From the NCBI GenBank assembly GCA_002269645.1, contig NIVC01002975.1, forward strand, positions 62,001 through 126,000: DNA of 64,000 nt, given 5' to 3'. How positions within the stretch are numbered: position 1 is the first letter of the stretch; every line of letters begins with the position of its first letter. The notes below the pieces were generated by a model. It made no database searches, had not been told where the DNA came from, and saw only the letters and a program-made list of their open reading frames with translations. Shown here one piece after another: positions 11,082-23,778 of the stretch. The stretch comes from Macrostomum lignano (lineage: Eukaryota). Position numbers and translations under genes: made by a program.

Positions 11082-13094
11082 CTCTGTCTCCGCCAGCCAC
11101 TTCCTCAATGCCGAATTTTTCTCCCATCTGCCCCAATCCCCTCCTCAATGTTGAAGCTGCTGGCTATTCCCAAATAAAGCTGAGACCCAGAATTATCGAT
11201 CCCAGCTCAATACCCGCGGGCGACTAAAAAAAACTTGCCTTGATCCTTTTTACTGTTGCTGGGAAAATCCAGACACTCTGGCAACTCTGGGATCTTTGGG
11301 GGGGGGGGTAGGAATATAGCAGTGGCGCCTGTCATCGCCCCCCCCCTTAGTCATTTTATTAGCATTTTACCGGCTCACGGGGCAAGGAAAATCATAATTT
11401 TCAAGCAAACAGGCGGCTACAGACCGACCGGCTAATCCTCTCACTTTGATGCCGGAGTCTCAACCCCTCCCCTACCCGAAAATTGCTGCTGCTGTGGGAT
11501 AATTAAACCAAGCAGCGACTCTCTCACCCAACCCTAATCTTGCGGGCACGGAGGATTTCTCTGAAACTCTTCTCTCCGATTTTTTACAGATAGTTGGCCG
11601 CCTGGCAGGAAACGGTCTCCCTTATCTCATTTCTCCCACTCCCTGAATCCCCAAACATTTGCTAGAATTAATCAGTCTCTCCCCCTGCCTCCAGCCGCCT
11701 GTCGGAGTTGCCATGCTCAAAAGTCGATAAAAAGTGGCTGTCTTTTCTTCTGAGAAATTTGAGCATAAAAAATTTATGACCTCCCACCAGAAGAGCCATA
11801 TTTTTGGGATCTGGCAATTAATGGCATCGATTGTCCTCAAAATGAAGCCGACAATTGCTGGCTCAGAATCAATAATAGCTCGAGAGATTTAATATACAAA
11901 AAACGCTTCCATGGCAACACAGAGACGCAGGTGAAAAAATTGACACCTGATTTCAAAAAAATAATTTTTTTCTACGACTCTAATCTGTTTAGATAGGACT
12001 TGACAATAAAAAATCTGATTGGATAATTGCGCTTATTATCTGCCATAGAGATAAAATGACCAACACAGCTTGCTGGCCACAGGCGCGCTGCGGGGCGCCA
12101 CCAGAGCTCAAGACAATTTACAATGGACCCCCCGCCGAGTGTGGGGCTCGCGCAAATTCCTAGATAAACATTTCTTAGAAAACAGAAAACAGCCACAGGA
12201 TGACGAGGCTGAAGAATTAGCCCCGGGAATGACGCAATTGAAGATCCTGGCCCCCAAAAATAAGGCAAGCGCAGTTCGGCGGGTGAGCAGGGGGGGGGGG
12301 CTTCTCTCTGTTAAAACAGCGACAGATTTGGAATTCGGGTTTCAACTGATAAGCGGGGGACGGGGGGCGGTCAAGTGTGGGCGAAAATTGATCAGATAGA
12401 GGTGGGGATGAGGAACCCCGTCTCCCCTGAAGCCCCCGAGGGCAGAGTTCGGCTGTGGCCATACGCTGTGCTGCGGGCAGCATAATAACAGACTGTTGCT
12501 GCAGTCCGTGATTTCCCCAAAATACTTCAGCCGCCCTCCAGCTCAACTCCGCCCCCACCCGGCCCTTGAAAACCTGCTAATTACTGTGGCTAACTGTGGG
12601 ATTAATCTCCCAAATGCCTGCGGGGCGATTCCCCGAACCCCATCGAAGTGCTTGCGTGCCAGACTCCGCCGCTTGAGTTGCCGCCATCCCCGTAGCCTCC
12701 TTCATCATGGGATTAAATCCCCCCCAACCCAACTGAGGAATTCAAAATCGGCCCACCTGCAACAAGTGCTCTACTCGCGCTTGCAAATAGAAGCAGCAAA
12801 AAGTCAGAAATTAAACACGAAACAAAAAAGCGAAACTCGGGCGCAATTCAAGTAGAATCCACTATTTTCTAATTGATCTCACTCTGTCCCTTGCTTCACC
12901 GACTCCCACTCTGCAGTTTCACAACCGACTTGTTGTTTGAGTTGAGTTTGAAAAGGCTGAATAACTGCTCCCCAAAATTCTGTGTTTCGAGCTGCCAATT
13001 GCTTCCAGATGCTTAGCTTTGGCTTAATTTATACCCGCCCGGGTCCTCTGCGCTCCTACAAACCCTAGGAGGCACGCCTCACTCCATGGCTTAC

Positions 13095-14612
13095 TGACTC
13101 TGCTTTCCCTGATTCCCCTCTCTCTTATCTCTGCCGCTCTCTGATTCCCCTCTCTTATCTCCGCCGCTCTCTGATTCCCCTCTCTCTTATCTCTGCCGCT
13201 CTCTGATCCCCCTCTCTCTTATCTCTGCCGCTCTCTGATCCTCCCTCTCTTATCTCTGCCGCTCTCTGATCCTCCCTCTCTTATCTCTGCCGCTCTCTGA
13301 TCCTCCCTCTCTTATCTCTGCCGCTCTCTGATCCCCCTCTCTCTTATCTCTGCCGCTCTCTGATCCTCCCTCTCTCTTATCTCTGCCGCTCTCTGATCCT
13401 CCCTCTCTTATCTCTGCCGCTCTCTGATTCCCCCCTCTCTTATCTCTGCCGCTCTCTGATCCCCCCTCTCTCTTATCTCTGCCGCTCTCTGATCCTCCCT
13501 CTCTCTTATCTCTGCCGCTCTCTGATCCTCCCTCTCTGATCTCTGCCGCTCTCTGATTCCCCCCTCTCTGATCTCTGCCGCTCTCTGATCCTCCCTCTCT
13601 TATCTCTGCCGCTCTCTGATTCCCCCCTCTCTTATCTCTGCCGCTCTCTGATTCCTCCCTCTCTGATCTCTGCCGCTCTCTGATTCCCCCTCTCTCTTAT
13701 CTCTGCCGCTCTCTGATTCCCCCTCTCTCTGATCTCTGCCGCTCTCTGATTCCCCCTCTCTGATCTCTGCCGCTCTCTGATTCCCCCTCTCTCTGATCTC
13801 TGCCGCTCTCTGATTCCCCCCTCTCTGATCTCTGCCGCTCTCTGATCCCCCCTCTCTCTTATCTCTGCCGCTCTCTGATCCTCCCTCTCTTATCTCTGCC
13901 GCTCTCTGATCCCCCCTCTCTCTTATCTCTGCCGCTCTCTGATTCCCCCTCTCTTATCTCTGCCGCTCTCTGATTCCCCCCTCTCTGATCTCTGCCGCTC
14001 TCTGATTCCCCCCTCTCTGATCTCTGCCGCTCTCTGATTCCCCCCTCTCTGATCTCTGCCGCTCTCTGATTCCCCCCTCTCTGATCTCTGCCGCTCTCTG
14101 ATCCTCCCTCTCTTATCTCTGCCGCTCTCTGATTCCCCCCTCTCTTATCTCTGCCGCTCTCTGATTCCCCCCTCTCTGATCTCTGCCGCTCTCTGATTCC
14201 CCCCTCTCTGATCTCTGCCGCTCTCTGATTCCCCCTCTCTCTGATCTCTGCCGCTCTCTGATTCCCCCCTCTCTGATCTCTGCCGCTCTCTGATTCCCCC
14301 TCTCTCTGATCTCTGCCGCTCTCTGATTCCCCCCTCTCTTATCTCTGCCGCTCTCTGATTCCCCCTCTCTCTGATCTCTGCCGCTCTCTGATTCCCCCTC
14401 TCTTATCTCTGCCGCTCTCTGATTCCCCCTCTCTCTGATCTCTGCCGCTCTCTGATTCCCCCCTCTCTTATCTCTGCCGCTCTCTGATTCCCCCTCTCTC
14501 TGATCTCTGCCGCTCTCTGATTCCCCCCTCTCTTATCTCTGCCGCTCTCTGATTCCCCCTCTCTTATCTCTGCCGCTCTCTGATTCCCCCTCTCTCTTAT
14601 CTCTGCTGCTCT
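13095..14612. repeat. ~30-33-bp CT-rich minisatellite (ATCTCTGCCGCTCTCTGATTCCCCCTCTCTT)
   Basis: About 48 units with variable C/CT run lengths. Confidence 0.95.
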
Positions 14613-14654
14613 CTTTCATCTATCTCTCCTTCAACCCCTCTGCCCCTCACTCAC

Positions 14655-14885
14655 CCAGCCTCCCTGCAGAGTGACCCAGCAGGCCACGCGGTGCCGCACG
14701 AAGGCCAGCGACCAGGCCAGGAGGCGGCGGAACCAGTTCACGCCGAATTCCAGCAGGCCGCGGATGGCCACATCGGAGCAGAAGAAGAACAGCACGACAA
14801 CTCGCTCGCGGGTGACGCCGCCGCGAAAGAAGAGCTCGGTGAGTAGGGCGTCGAAATCGGCCGCCGTGATCTGCTGGACTGGCAC
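14655..14885 (-). CDS. Bcl-2-family protein, exon 3 (BH1- and BH2-like)
   Basis: CCCCAG| acceptor and TGG|GTGAGT donor, both phase 0; ELFFRGGVTRERVVVLFFF (BH1 position) and WVTLQGGW (BH2). Confidence 0.9.
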
Positions 14886-15044
14886 CTGGGGCAGGAAATT
14901 TGGTGAAACTGAAGTAATGAGATTGCTGGATGATTTTTACTTTGAGACCGGTTGAGCCTTTAATGCAAAGCAGGGATATCTTTGCTATCTGTTGCTTTGT
15001 CTCTTAATTTCTAAGCCTTGAAAATATTCCTCAGATTTTATTCG

Positions 15045-15680
15045 TTACCTCTCCCACTCTCCCTTCCTGGCTACCTCTCTACTCTATCTCTTCCTAGCTA
15101 CCTCTCTACTCTATCTCTTCCTAGCTACCTCTCTACTCTATCTCTTCCTATCTACCTCTCCCACTCTACCTCTTCCTAGCTACCTCTCTACTCTACCTCT
15201 TCCTATCTACCTCTCTACTCTATCTCTTCCTAGCTACCTCTCTACTCTATCTCTTCCTAGCTACCTCTCTACTCTATCTCTTCCTAGCTACCTCTCTACT
15301 CTATCTCTTCCTAGCTACCTCTCCCACTCTACCTCTTCCTAGCTACCTCTCTACTCTACCTCTTCCTATCTACCTCTCTACTCTATCTCTTCCTAGCTAC
15401 CTCTCTACTCTATCTCTTCCTAGCTACCTCTCTACTCTATCTCTTCCTAGCTACCTCTCTACTCTATCTCTTCCTAGCTACCTTTCTACTCTACCTTTTC
15501 CTAGCTACCTCTCTACTCTATCTCTTCCTATCTACCTCTCCCACTCTACCTCTTCCTAGCTACCTCTCTACTCTATCTCTTCCTATCTACCTCTCCCACT
15601 CTACCTCTTCCTAGCTACCTCTCTACTCTATCTCTTCCTATCTACCTCTCCCACTCTACCTCTTTCTATCTACCTCTAAC
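15045..15680. repeat. 27-bp minisatellite (CTCTATCTCTTCCTAGCTACCTCTCTA)
   Basis: Tandem units. Confidence 0.93.
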
Positions 15681-16904
15681 ACTATCCATTAATATCTACA
15701 TCTTCTCCCAATCTACTATCATCTATTCCCTCTCCGGTTAAGTTATCTTACCCCCCCCCCTGTTCAGCTCACACTCACTGGACCCCACGAGTCACAACTG
15801 AAGTGTTGTCAGCCGTTTCCAAATTGCTCATGCATAAAAGTAAATATTAAAAACAGATTTTTAACACCCCTTGCTCTCGGCTGGACAAAGCAGCACTTGA
15901 AATCAACTATTAAGTTATGCAAATACTTTAGCGCATTCTCATCAACTTGACACTGTCACACAGCTTAAAGACAGAGTTTCAGAAAATATCTGACTTGAAT
16001 AATGATTGCGCAATCAAGCTGAGGACAGACGGAATTCTCGCTGCTCGAAAAGTTAACAAAAAATTCCAAGTGGCCGCTACCTATTCTAAGTAGGAGAAGA
16101 AGACAGAATGGAGGCCCAGCTAGTTGAATTATTCAAATCCATACTCAAAACTTACGATTATGAAAAATGAACAAGCTTATAACCTTTTTAAAGCTTGATA
16201 GCTGAGAAATATAATGAGACAAAAAAGCCAGTAATTAAAAAATTTGGTTGGCCTGTTTAGGTCGCGAGGTGAGTCGGTGGGGGGGGGGTCGAGGCTGGGC
16301 AGGCCGGGGCCTGCAGGCGGGCATGGAAACCGCGGAGGTTTAAAAAAAGCCGAGGCTGAAGAGACATGCAGAGCGGATTATTAGCCTTCCGAGTCTGTCC
16401 CGACCCTCGGGGTCACCGCCGGAGCCGCTGGCTGGGAGGCCAACTTCTGTTGTCAGGCGAAAGCGGGGAAAAAGTTGAGACGAGACCGGAATGCGCAATC
16501 CGAGTTGCCACCCAGGATTTTGGGGTTGCGGAAAATTGAGAAGAAAATCTGAGAAATGAGCGGCTTTGATGTGAAAGACTTCGGGTCACGCGGGGGCTCG
16601 GCCCGACTCGACCTTAGAACTGTGAGCAGGTGCTCACTCAGCGGGCTACTACAAAATGACCCCCACCCTGGCAACAGGGTGACTTTGACTGGCTTTTACC
16701 CAACCAGAGGTCATTGGAATAGAAAAGAAAATCGAACAGATTCCAGTCCAGCAGCTCAGGAAAGGAATTCAACCTATTTTTTTCAGACACTGCTTAAAAA
16801 ACAACAGGCCCCGGTATCTGGGCTGGGATTGACTATTTTTTTATGAAGAAACTAAAAAAAACAAACACCTTTTTTCAAGTGAAAAGGAGAAGGAACGGGA
16901 AGAA

Positions 16905-17195
16905 AAGAGAGGAAAGGGGAGGGGAGAGAGGAGAGGGGAGAGAGAAGAGAGGAGAGAGAAGAGAGGAGAGAGAAGAGATGAGAGAGGAAGGAGGATCGAG
17001 AGGGGAGAGAAGAGAGAGGGGAGAGAAGAGAGAGGGGAGAGAAGAGAGAGGGGAGAGAAGAGAGGAGAGAGGAGAGGGGAGAGAAGAGAGGAGAGGGGAG
17101 GGGAGAGAGAGTAGAGATGGGAGAGGGGAGAGATGGGAGAGAGGAGAGAGGGGAGGGAGAGGAGAGAAGAGAGTAGAGGAGAGGGGAGAGGCGAA
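16905..17195. repeat. AG-only low-complexity tract
   Basis: Nearly pure purine on the plus strand. Confidence 0.9.
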
Positions 17196-17383
17196 AGAGT
17201 AAGAGCAGATGATAAGAAGGCAGATATTAAAAGTAATAACGAGAGCTCAAAAGCGCACAGAACTGAAACACGCAGAAGGCATGACAACAAAAGCAGCAGC
17301 AGAGCAAAAAGTTCCATAAGGAATCTCAAATACAAGCAATGCCAACTGAATTGCTGTGTTAGACGGCTGTTTAACAGTGCCGG

Positions 17384-17474
17384 CACTCTGGCACAAGCAT
17401 TCTGGCACAAGCACTCTGGCACAAGCACTCTGGCACAAGCACACTGGCACAAGCACACTGGCACAAGCACACTC
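17384..17474. repeat. 14-bp repeat (CTGGCACAAGCACT), ~6 copies, abutting the exon 2 donor
   Basis: Tandem units that run into the ACTCAC donor complement. Confidence 0.9.
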
Positions 17475-17476
17475 AC

Positions 17477-17594
17477 CCGTCTGGCCTGCTGGCGCACCCG
17501 CTGCCGCTCGCGGGACCGATTGAACTCTTCGGCGAGGTCGCGGAGAACCAGACCGGCCCGGCGCCACTGCTCTCGTCCGGACGCGGCCGCTGGC
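17477..17594 (-). CDS. Bcl-2-family protein, exon 2 (BH3-like)
   Basis: TTCCAG| acceptor in phase 2 and CGG|GTGAGT donor in phase 0; AGLVLRDLAEEFNR. Confidence 0.88.
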
Positions 17595-17631
17595 CTGGAA
17601 TTCCAGGGTAACCGCGAGAGTGAGGAAAGAC

Positions 17632-17878
17632 TAGGGTTGGGGAAGATTAGGGTTGGGGAAGATTAGGGTTGGGGAAGATTAGGGTTGGGGAAGATTAGGG
17701 TTGGGGAAGATTAGGGTTGGGGAAGATTAGGGTTGGGGAAGATTAGGGTTGGGGAAGATTAGGATTGGGGAAGATTAGGGTTGGGGAAGATTAGGGTTGG
17801 GGAAGATTAGGGTTGGGGAAGATTGGGTTTGGGGAAGATGATTAGGGTTGGGAGGTTGGGGATGATTAGGATTGGAGG
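17632..17878. repeat. 16-bp G-rich minisatellite (TTAGGGTTGGGGAAGA), ~15 copies, filling intron 1
   Basis: Tandem units, each with a G3 and a G4 run. Confidence 0.95.
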
Positions 17879-17917
17879 TCTTGAAAAATCCCTCTCTCCC
17901 TCAGCCAGAGAACTCAC

Positions 17918-18306
17918 TCAGCATCCGGCATCGTCACGAGCTCGACAGCTCGCCGCTCCGCCAGTCCCGCCGGCCGGTCCGGCAGCCGCTCAATCTCGTG
18001 GGCCACAAAGTCGCTGAACAGCCGGGCGCCGTCTCTGGCCGCCGCCGACGTCACATCGGCGACCTCCAGCTGCGGTAGCGTCGGCGGCTCGGACTCGACC
18101 ACCTCCGACGGCTGCTGGCGGCGAGCGTCTCGGGGCAGCAGGTCCGGCCCGACCCCGGTGAAAGTCACTTCGAGTGGAGGCGGCCGGCGAGGCCTCGGAA
18201 TGCCGTTGCCGCCGCCGTCGCCGCTGCCACCTCCGCCGTTGCCGGAAATCCGCAGGCGCAGACAGGAGGGCGGCTTCCCGCCACCGTTACCGCGGTTGGA
18301 CGACAT
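17918..18306 (-). CDS. Bcl-2-family protein, exon 1 (Gly/Pro-rich N-terminus, BH4-like helix)
   Basis: ATG at 18306 follows CTCACAG; donor GA|GTGAGT in phase 2 matches exon 2. The four exons give an open 283-aa product. Confidence 0.85.
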
Positions 18307-19145
18307 GCTGTGAGTCGCTGTATTCAAGTATCTCTAATTTAGCCGATTTGAGCACAAATATTGAGCAAGAAAAGGATGGAATCCGTCTGCTTGATTTGGT
18401 TTGGCCTCGACTCCAGGCTCTGTCCCAGGCTCAAAGCCTTCCGACACAGGATATTTATTGATAATCCGCGGGGTATGCAGCCACCCCAGCGCCTCTCCCA
18501 GCCCTCCGCCCGAAAATCGGCCATGTCCTACCAGGAGCAGCAGCAGCAGCAGGAGCAGCAATCAGCAAAGCGCCTCTCAGCCCCCATTGTCTCCCCTCAA
18601 CCTGGCAAAGCGGTCCAATGAGCCGCCATCTCTGCCGCTGATTGGCTGGCTGAGCTCGGAGAATTCTGCCACTAACAGCTCGCTTATCAATTAGTCAGCA
18701 CAATTGATGAAATTGTTAATCGTAACTCTGCGCGGACTAGATGAAGGTGAAGTTAAAACAAATCTGCACTCGAACGCGTTCCAATGATAATTATAATTTG
18801 TTAAAGCATGCCAACAGCAGTAAACATTAGAGAAATCCATTCTCCATATTTCTACTTACTTACAATTTGTCAATTAACACACAAAAACTGGAGTCCACTC
18901 GAGTGGCACTTCAATCTGAGAAATGCACTATTAGCCAAAGGCTGTTAATTGCTTGTCAGTCAGAATCTGTGAAGTGGCAATGGCCAAGGTTAAAATCTGT
19001 TAGAGTGTTGCGCACTTGACTGCATCAGGTTCGCCACACTTTGCCCCATCATGCAATAAAAACAAATGAACTTTGAAGAGTGCATTTGTACTTTAAAAGA
19101 GAGAAATTCGATGATTAAGTTCCAATTGTACTTTATAGCTCGTAT

Positions 19146-20727
19146 CATTTAGTTCAGGTGAGATTTTAGCGCCAATTTAGCTCAGGTGAGATTTTAGCGC
19201 CAATTCAGTTCAGGTGAGATTTTAGCGCCAATTTAGTTCAGGTGAGATTTTAGCGCCAATTTAGCTCAGGTGAGATTTTAGCGCCAATTCAGTTCAGGTG
19301 AGATTTTAGCGCCAATTCAGTTCAGGTGAGATTTTAGCGCCAATTCAAGTTTAGCTCAGGGGAGATTTTAGCGCCAATTCAAGTTTAGCTCAGGGGAGAT
19401 TTTAGCGCCAATTCAGTTCAGGTGAGATTTTAGCGCCAATTCAAGTTTAGCTCAGGTGAGATTTTAGCGCCAATTCAAGTTTAGCTCAGGGGAGATTTTA
19501 GCGCCAATTCAGTTCAGGTGAGATTTTAGCGCCAATTCAAGTTTAGCTCAGGTGAGATTTTAGCGCCAATTCAGTTCAGGTGAGATTTTAGCGCCAATTC
19601 AGTTCAGGTGAGATTTTAGCGCCAATTTAGTTCAGGTGAGATTTTAGCGTCAATTCAGTTCAGGTGAGATTTTAGCGCCAATTCAGTTCAGGTGAGATTT
19701 TAGCGCTAATTTAGCTCAGGTGAGATTTTAGCGCCAATTTAGTTCAGGTGAGATTTTAGCGCCAATTTAGTTCAGGTGAGATTTTAGCGCCAATTTAGTT
19801 CAGGTGAGATTTTAGCGCCAATTTAGTTCAGGTGAGATTTTAGCGCTAATTTAGCTCAGGTGAGATTTTAGCGCCAATTTAGTTCAGGTGAGATTTTAGC
19901 GTCAATTCAGTTCAGGTGAGATTTTAGCGCTAATTTAGCTCAGGTGAGATTTTAGCGCCAATTTAGTTCAGGTGAGATTTTAGCGCCAATTCAATTCAGG
20001 TGAGATTTTAGCGCCAATTCAATTCAGGTGAGATTTTAGCGCCAATTTAATTCAGGTGAGATTTTAGCGCCAATTCAGTTCAGGTGAGATTTTAGCGCCA
20101 ATTCAAGTTTAGGTCAGGTGAGATTTTAGCGCCAATTCAAGTTTAGGTCAGGTGAGATTTTAGCGTCAATTCAAGTTTAGGTCAGGTGAGATTTTAGCGC
20201 CAATTTAGTTCAGGTGAGATTTTAGCGCTAATTTAGCTCAGGTGAGATTTTAGCGCCAATTTAGTTCAGGTGAGATTTTAGCGCCAATTCAATTCAGGTG
20301 AGATTTTAGCGCCAATTCAAGTTTAGCTCAGGTGAGATTTTAGCGCCAATTTAATTCAGGTGAAATTTTAGCGCTAATTTAGCTCAGGTGAGATTTTAGC
20401 GCCAATTTAATTCAGGTGAGATTTTAGCGCCAATTCAGTTCAGGTGAGATTTTAGCGCCAATTCAAGTTTAGCTCAGGTGAGATTTTAGCGCCAATTCAG
20501 TTCAGGTGAGATTTTAGCGCCAATTCAGTTCAGGTGAGATTTTAGCGCCAATTCAGTTCAGGTGAGATTTTAGCGCCAATTCAGTTCAGGTGAGATTTTA
20601 GCGCCAATTCAGTTCAGGTGAGATTTTAGCGCCAATTCAGTTCAGGTGAGATTTTAGCGCCAATTCAGTTCAGGTGAGATTTTAGCGCCAATTCAAGTTT
20701 AGCTCAGGTGAGACTTTAGCACCAATT
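19146..20727. repeat. 28/34-bp minisatellite (TTCAGGTGAGATTTTAGCGCCAATTTAG)
   Basis: About 53 units; 34-bp variants carry an extra CAAGTT. Confidence 0.96.
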
Positions 20728-21494
20728 TATAGTGAGTACGCCACCCCAAGTTCCCTAGGGGAAAGGGGGTTGGGGTTGGGCGAGGAAATCTTGATGATAT
20801 TTTGGCATCGCGGGTCCAAATTCAGAATGCCAGTGGCATCTATGTACCATAAAAAGTGCCAGGAAAGAAGGAAGGAATGCGACAGTCTCGCATACTAATT
20901 GTGGATAAGTCGCTACATAAAGAGGCTCTAGATACAGTTGCTATGGCGGTGCAGTTGGAAATCTCCCAAGAGAACGCTGGCACCTTAAGCTCCTCTTGTA
21001 CACTCAGTTGTAGCAAAAGAAGCTCCACTCAGTTTTATTTGTCGTAGAAACAGGCAATTCAGCCCCAGAGTTGCAAAACTCTGAAACACAAGCTCACGAG
21101 TTCAGTTCTTTTATTCAACTGAATTTTTGTAGCTGGTAATGCAATACTCGCTGCTCAGTCCCCTGAGATGATACACAGTCAAGTCATTTCTGCGCAACCG
21201 GCTTAGCAACTAAAAATTGAAATTTTAGCTGGAGAAACACCGCCCCACACCTCAAGTCGGTGTTTCAGAGATAAAAACGGGAAGCTATTAATTGTTCGCT
21301 ACATCCCAGGCGTTTCTAGTTTCGTTTGTAGAAAGCAACTGCATTTAGATTTCATAATTTCATTTAGTCTGCTATGTTGCTGGAAACCAAACATCTGCTC
21401 TCACACACAGGAACCTCAGCCCTCTCTAACATTTATTCATTGTCATTTACCCTCTCTCCATGCTATCTTAGCCTATATTAACCATGCTATCTGG

Positions 21495-21860
21495 CTACTT
21501 CTCCCTCTCCTACCCCTAGCTACTTCTCCCCCTCCTATCCTTAGCTACTTCTCCCCCTCCTACCCATAGCTACTTCTCACCCTCCTACCCTTAGCTACTT
21601 CTCCCCCTCCTACCCATAGCTACTTCCCCTACCCAACTACTCCCCCCTCCTACCCCCTAGCTACTTCTCCCCTCATATCCCTTAGCTACTTCTCCCCTCA
21701 TATCCCTTAGCTACTTCTCCCCTCATATCCCCTAGCAAATTCTCCCCTCATATCCCTTAGCTACTTCTCCCCTCCTACCCTAAGCTAATTCTCCCTTTCC
21801 TACCTATAGCTACGTGTCCCCCTCCTACACCTAGCTATTTTCTTGCCTTTCTAACTACCT
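21495..21860. repeat. ~25-bp minisatellite (TTAGCTACTTCTCCCCCTCCTACCC)
   Basis: Degenerate tandem units. Confidence 0.88.
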
Positions 21861-22934
21861 CTACCTCCTCTCCTTACTTATATCCGTGTCTCCCTACTTC
21901 TCTATCCAACCTATTTGTCCTTCTCTTCTTTACTAATTGAAGAAACTAAATGGCATTCTATATTCCAACTTCCTCTATTCTTGCACTCGCTCAAAGATTT
22001 CGCTGTAGACCTGCAGAGGCGACAGAGGAAAAGCATCTTGCCAAGAACACACAAGAGTTGTAAATCATTCCCCACACGGCAGCGGATGTAGCAGAAGGTT
22101 AAGCCAGCCCGGGTAACTCTAATAATTCTCAATTGTGCCTCTCCACTATCACTTAGCCGGCCATTTTGTCGAAGAATTCCGAACCCTACACTAACACACC
22201 TCACTGCAGTTTGCTTCAGGCAGTTTAGACCGCCGTGTACCGGGAGAGCAATCTGCGCAAATAATTGTGTTTCTCCCTGCTGCAGCCCTGGATACATTTT
22301 CTCCCAACCCACCGGGAAGAGGGACAGGAAATCGGGGCCGAGGATAAGTTCCATACAGGCGTGCGTTTTGTTGCGGCTTCTTCTAGTAGAGAAAAAAGAT
22401 GAAAGATTGGGTTTAAAAGGTGACGATGAATCGGCCACTTACGATTCAATTTGCCCGAAAGATACGGCTAGAAGAATAGATAATAAAGCACGCGCGGCGC
22501 ACTCCAGAGCGCCGTCATTGCAATAAACATAAAAAAATTGGTATTGCTTGTCGCTGAATTTTCTCTTCTTTTTCAGCGAAAGCAAAAGCAAGGAGCGGCC
22601 GGGGAGAACACGAAGGAACTGCGCACATGCCCGCTTGGCGGCAGCGGCAGCGGATGGATGACACACGCAAACAAATCCACAATGTAGCCAAACTGCATTG
22701 CAGCCATAAAACTTCTCGGCTTCGCGAGAACTGCTTTAAATTAGAAGAATTATTGCTTTGGCCAGGTTGCTGCCTCCTTATCTTGGAGACGGAAACCCAG
22801 AGGGAAGGAGCGCCTCTCACTTCTGCTGCCTGCAATAATCTGCGAATGTAGCCGAATTGGAAAATTGCTGCGGAGGTCTCTCGATCCTTTTTTATAAACC
22901 AAATTGCTTTGCTCCTTTGCTGGCTTTGTGCTTC

Positions 22935-22935
22935 C

Positions 22936-22980
<45 letters not shown>

Positions 22981-23058
22981 GACTGTCTGATTGTCTGATT
23001 GTCTGTCTGTCTGTCTGTCTGACTGTCTGATTGTCTGTCTGTCTGTCTGTCTGTCTGA

Positions 23059-23092
<34 letters not shown>

Positions 23093-23094
23093 GA

Positions 23095-23156
<62 letters not shown>

Positions 23157-23170
23157 GATTGTCTGTCTGA

Positions 23171-23232
<62 letters not shown>

Positions 23233-23245
23233 GCTTGTCTGTCTG

Positions 23246-23318
<73 letters not shown>

Positions 23319-23321
23319 GCC

Positions 23322-23374
<53 letters not shown>

Positions 23375-23376
23375 GA

Positions 23377-23466
<90 letters not shown>

Positions 23467-23544
23467 GACTGTCTGATTGTCTGATTGTCTGTCTGTCTGT
23501 CTGTCTGACTGTCTGATTGTCTGTCTGTCTGTCTGTCTGTCTGA

Positions 23545-23578
<34 letters not shown>

Positions 23579-23580
23579 GA

Positions 23581-23622
<42 letters not shown>

Positions 23623-23659
23623 GCCTGTCTGTCTGTCTGTCTGTCTGCTTGTCTGTCTG

Positions 23660-23748
<89 letters not shown>

Positions 23749-23778
23749 GCCTGTTTGTCTCTCTGTCTGTCTGTCTGC
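22935..23778. repeat. (TGTC)n / (GACA)n microsatellite, ~840 bp
   Basis: Source of the QTDR/SVCL pseudo-ORFs. Confidence 0.98.

Noticed and set aside
11905-11918. X-box-like GCTTCCATGGCAAC in Bcl-2 intron 3 (a similar one at 37123-37136)
   Set aside because: One or two mismatches at conserved positions and no nearby promoter features; expected by chance in 64 kb
17632-17878. True interstitial telomere
   Set aside because: TTAGGG is never tandem; it is one part of a 16-bp unit
21911-22438. 175-aa minus-strand ORF
   Set aside because: No recognisable domain, no convincing splice partners, and composition unlike the GC-rich exons; it may be chance or TE debris and needs a BLASTX
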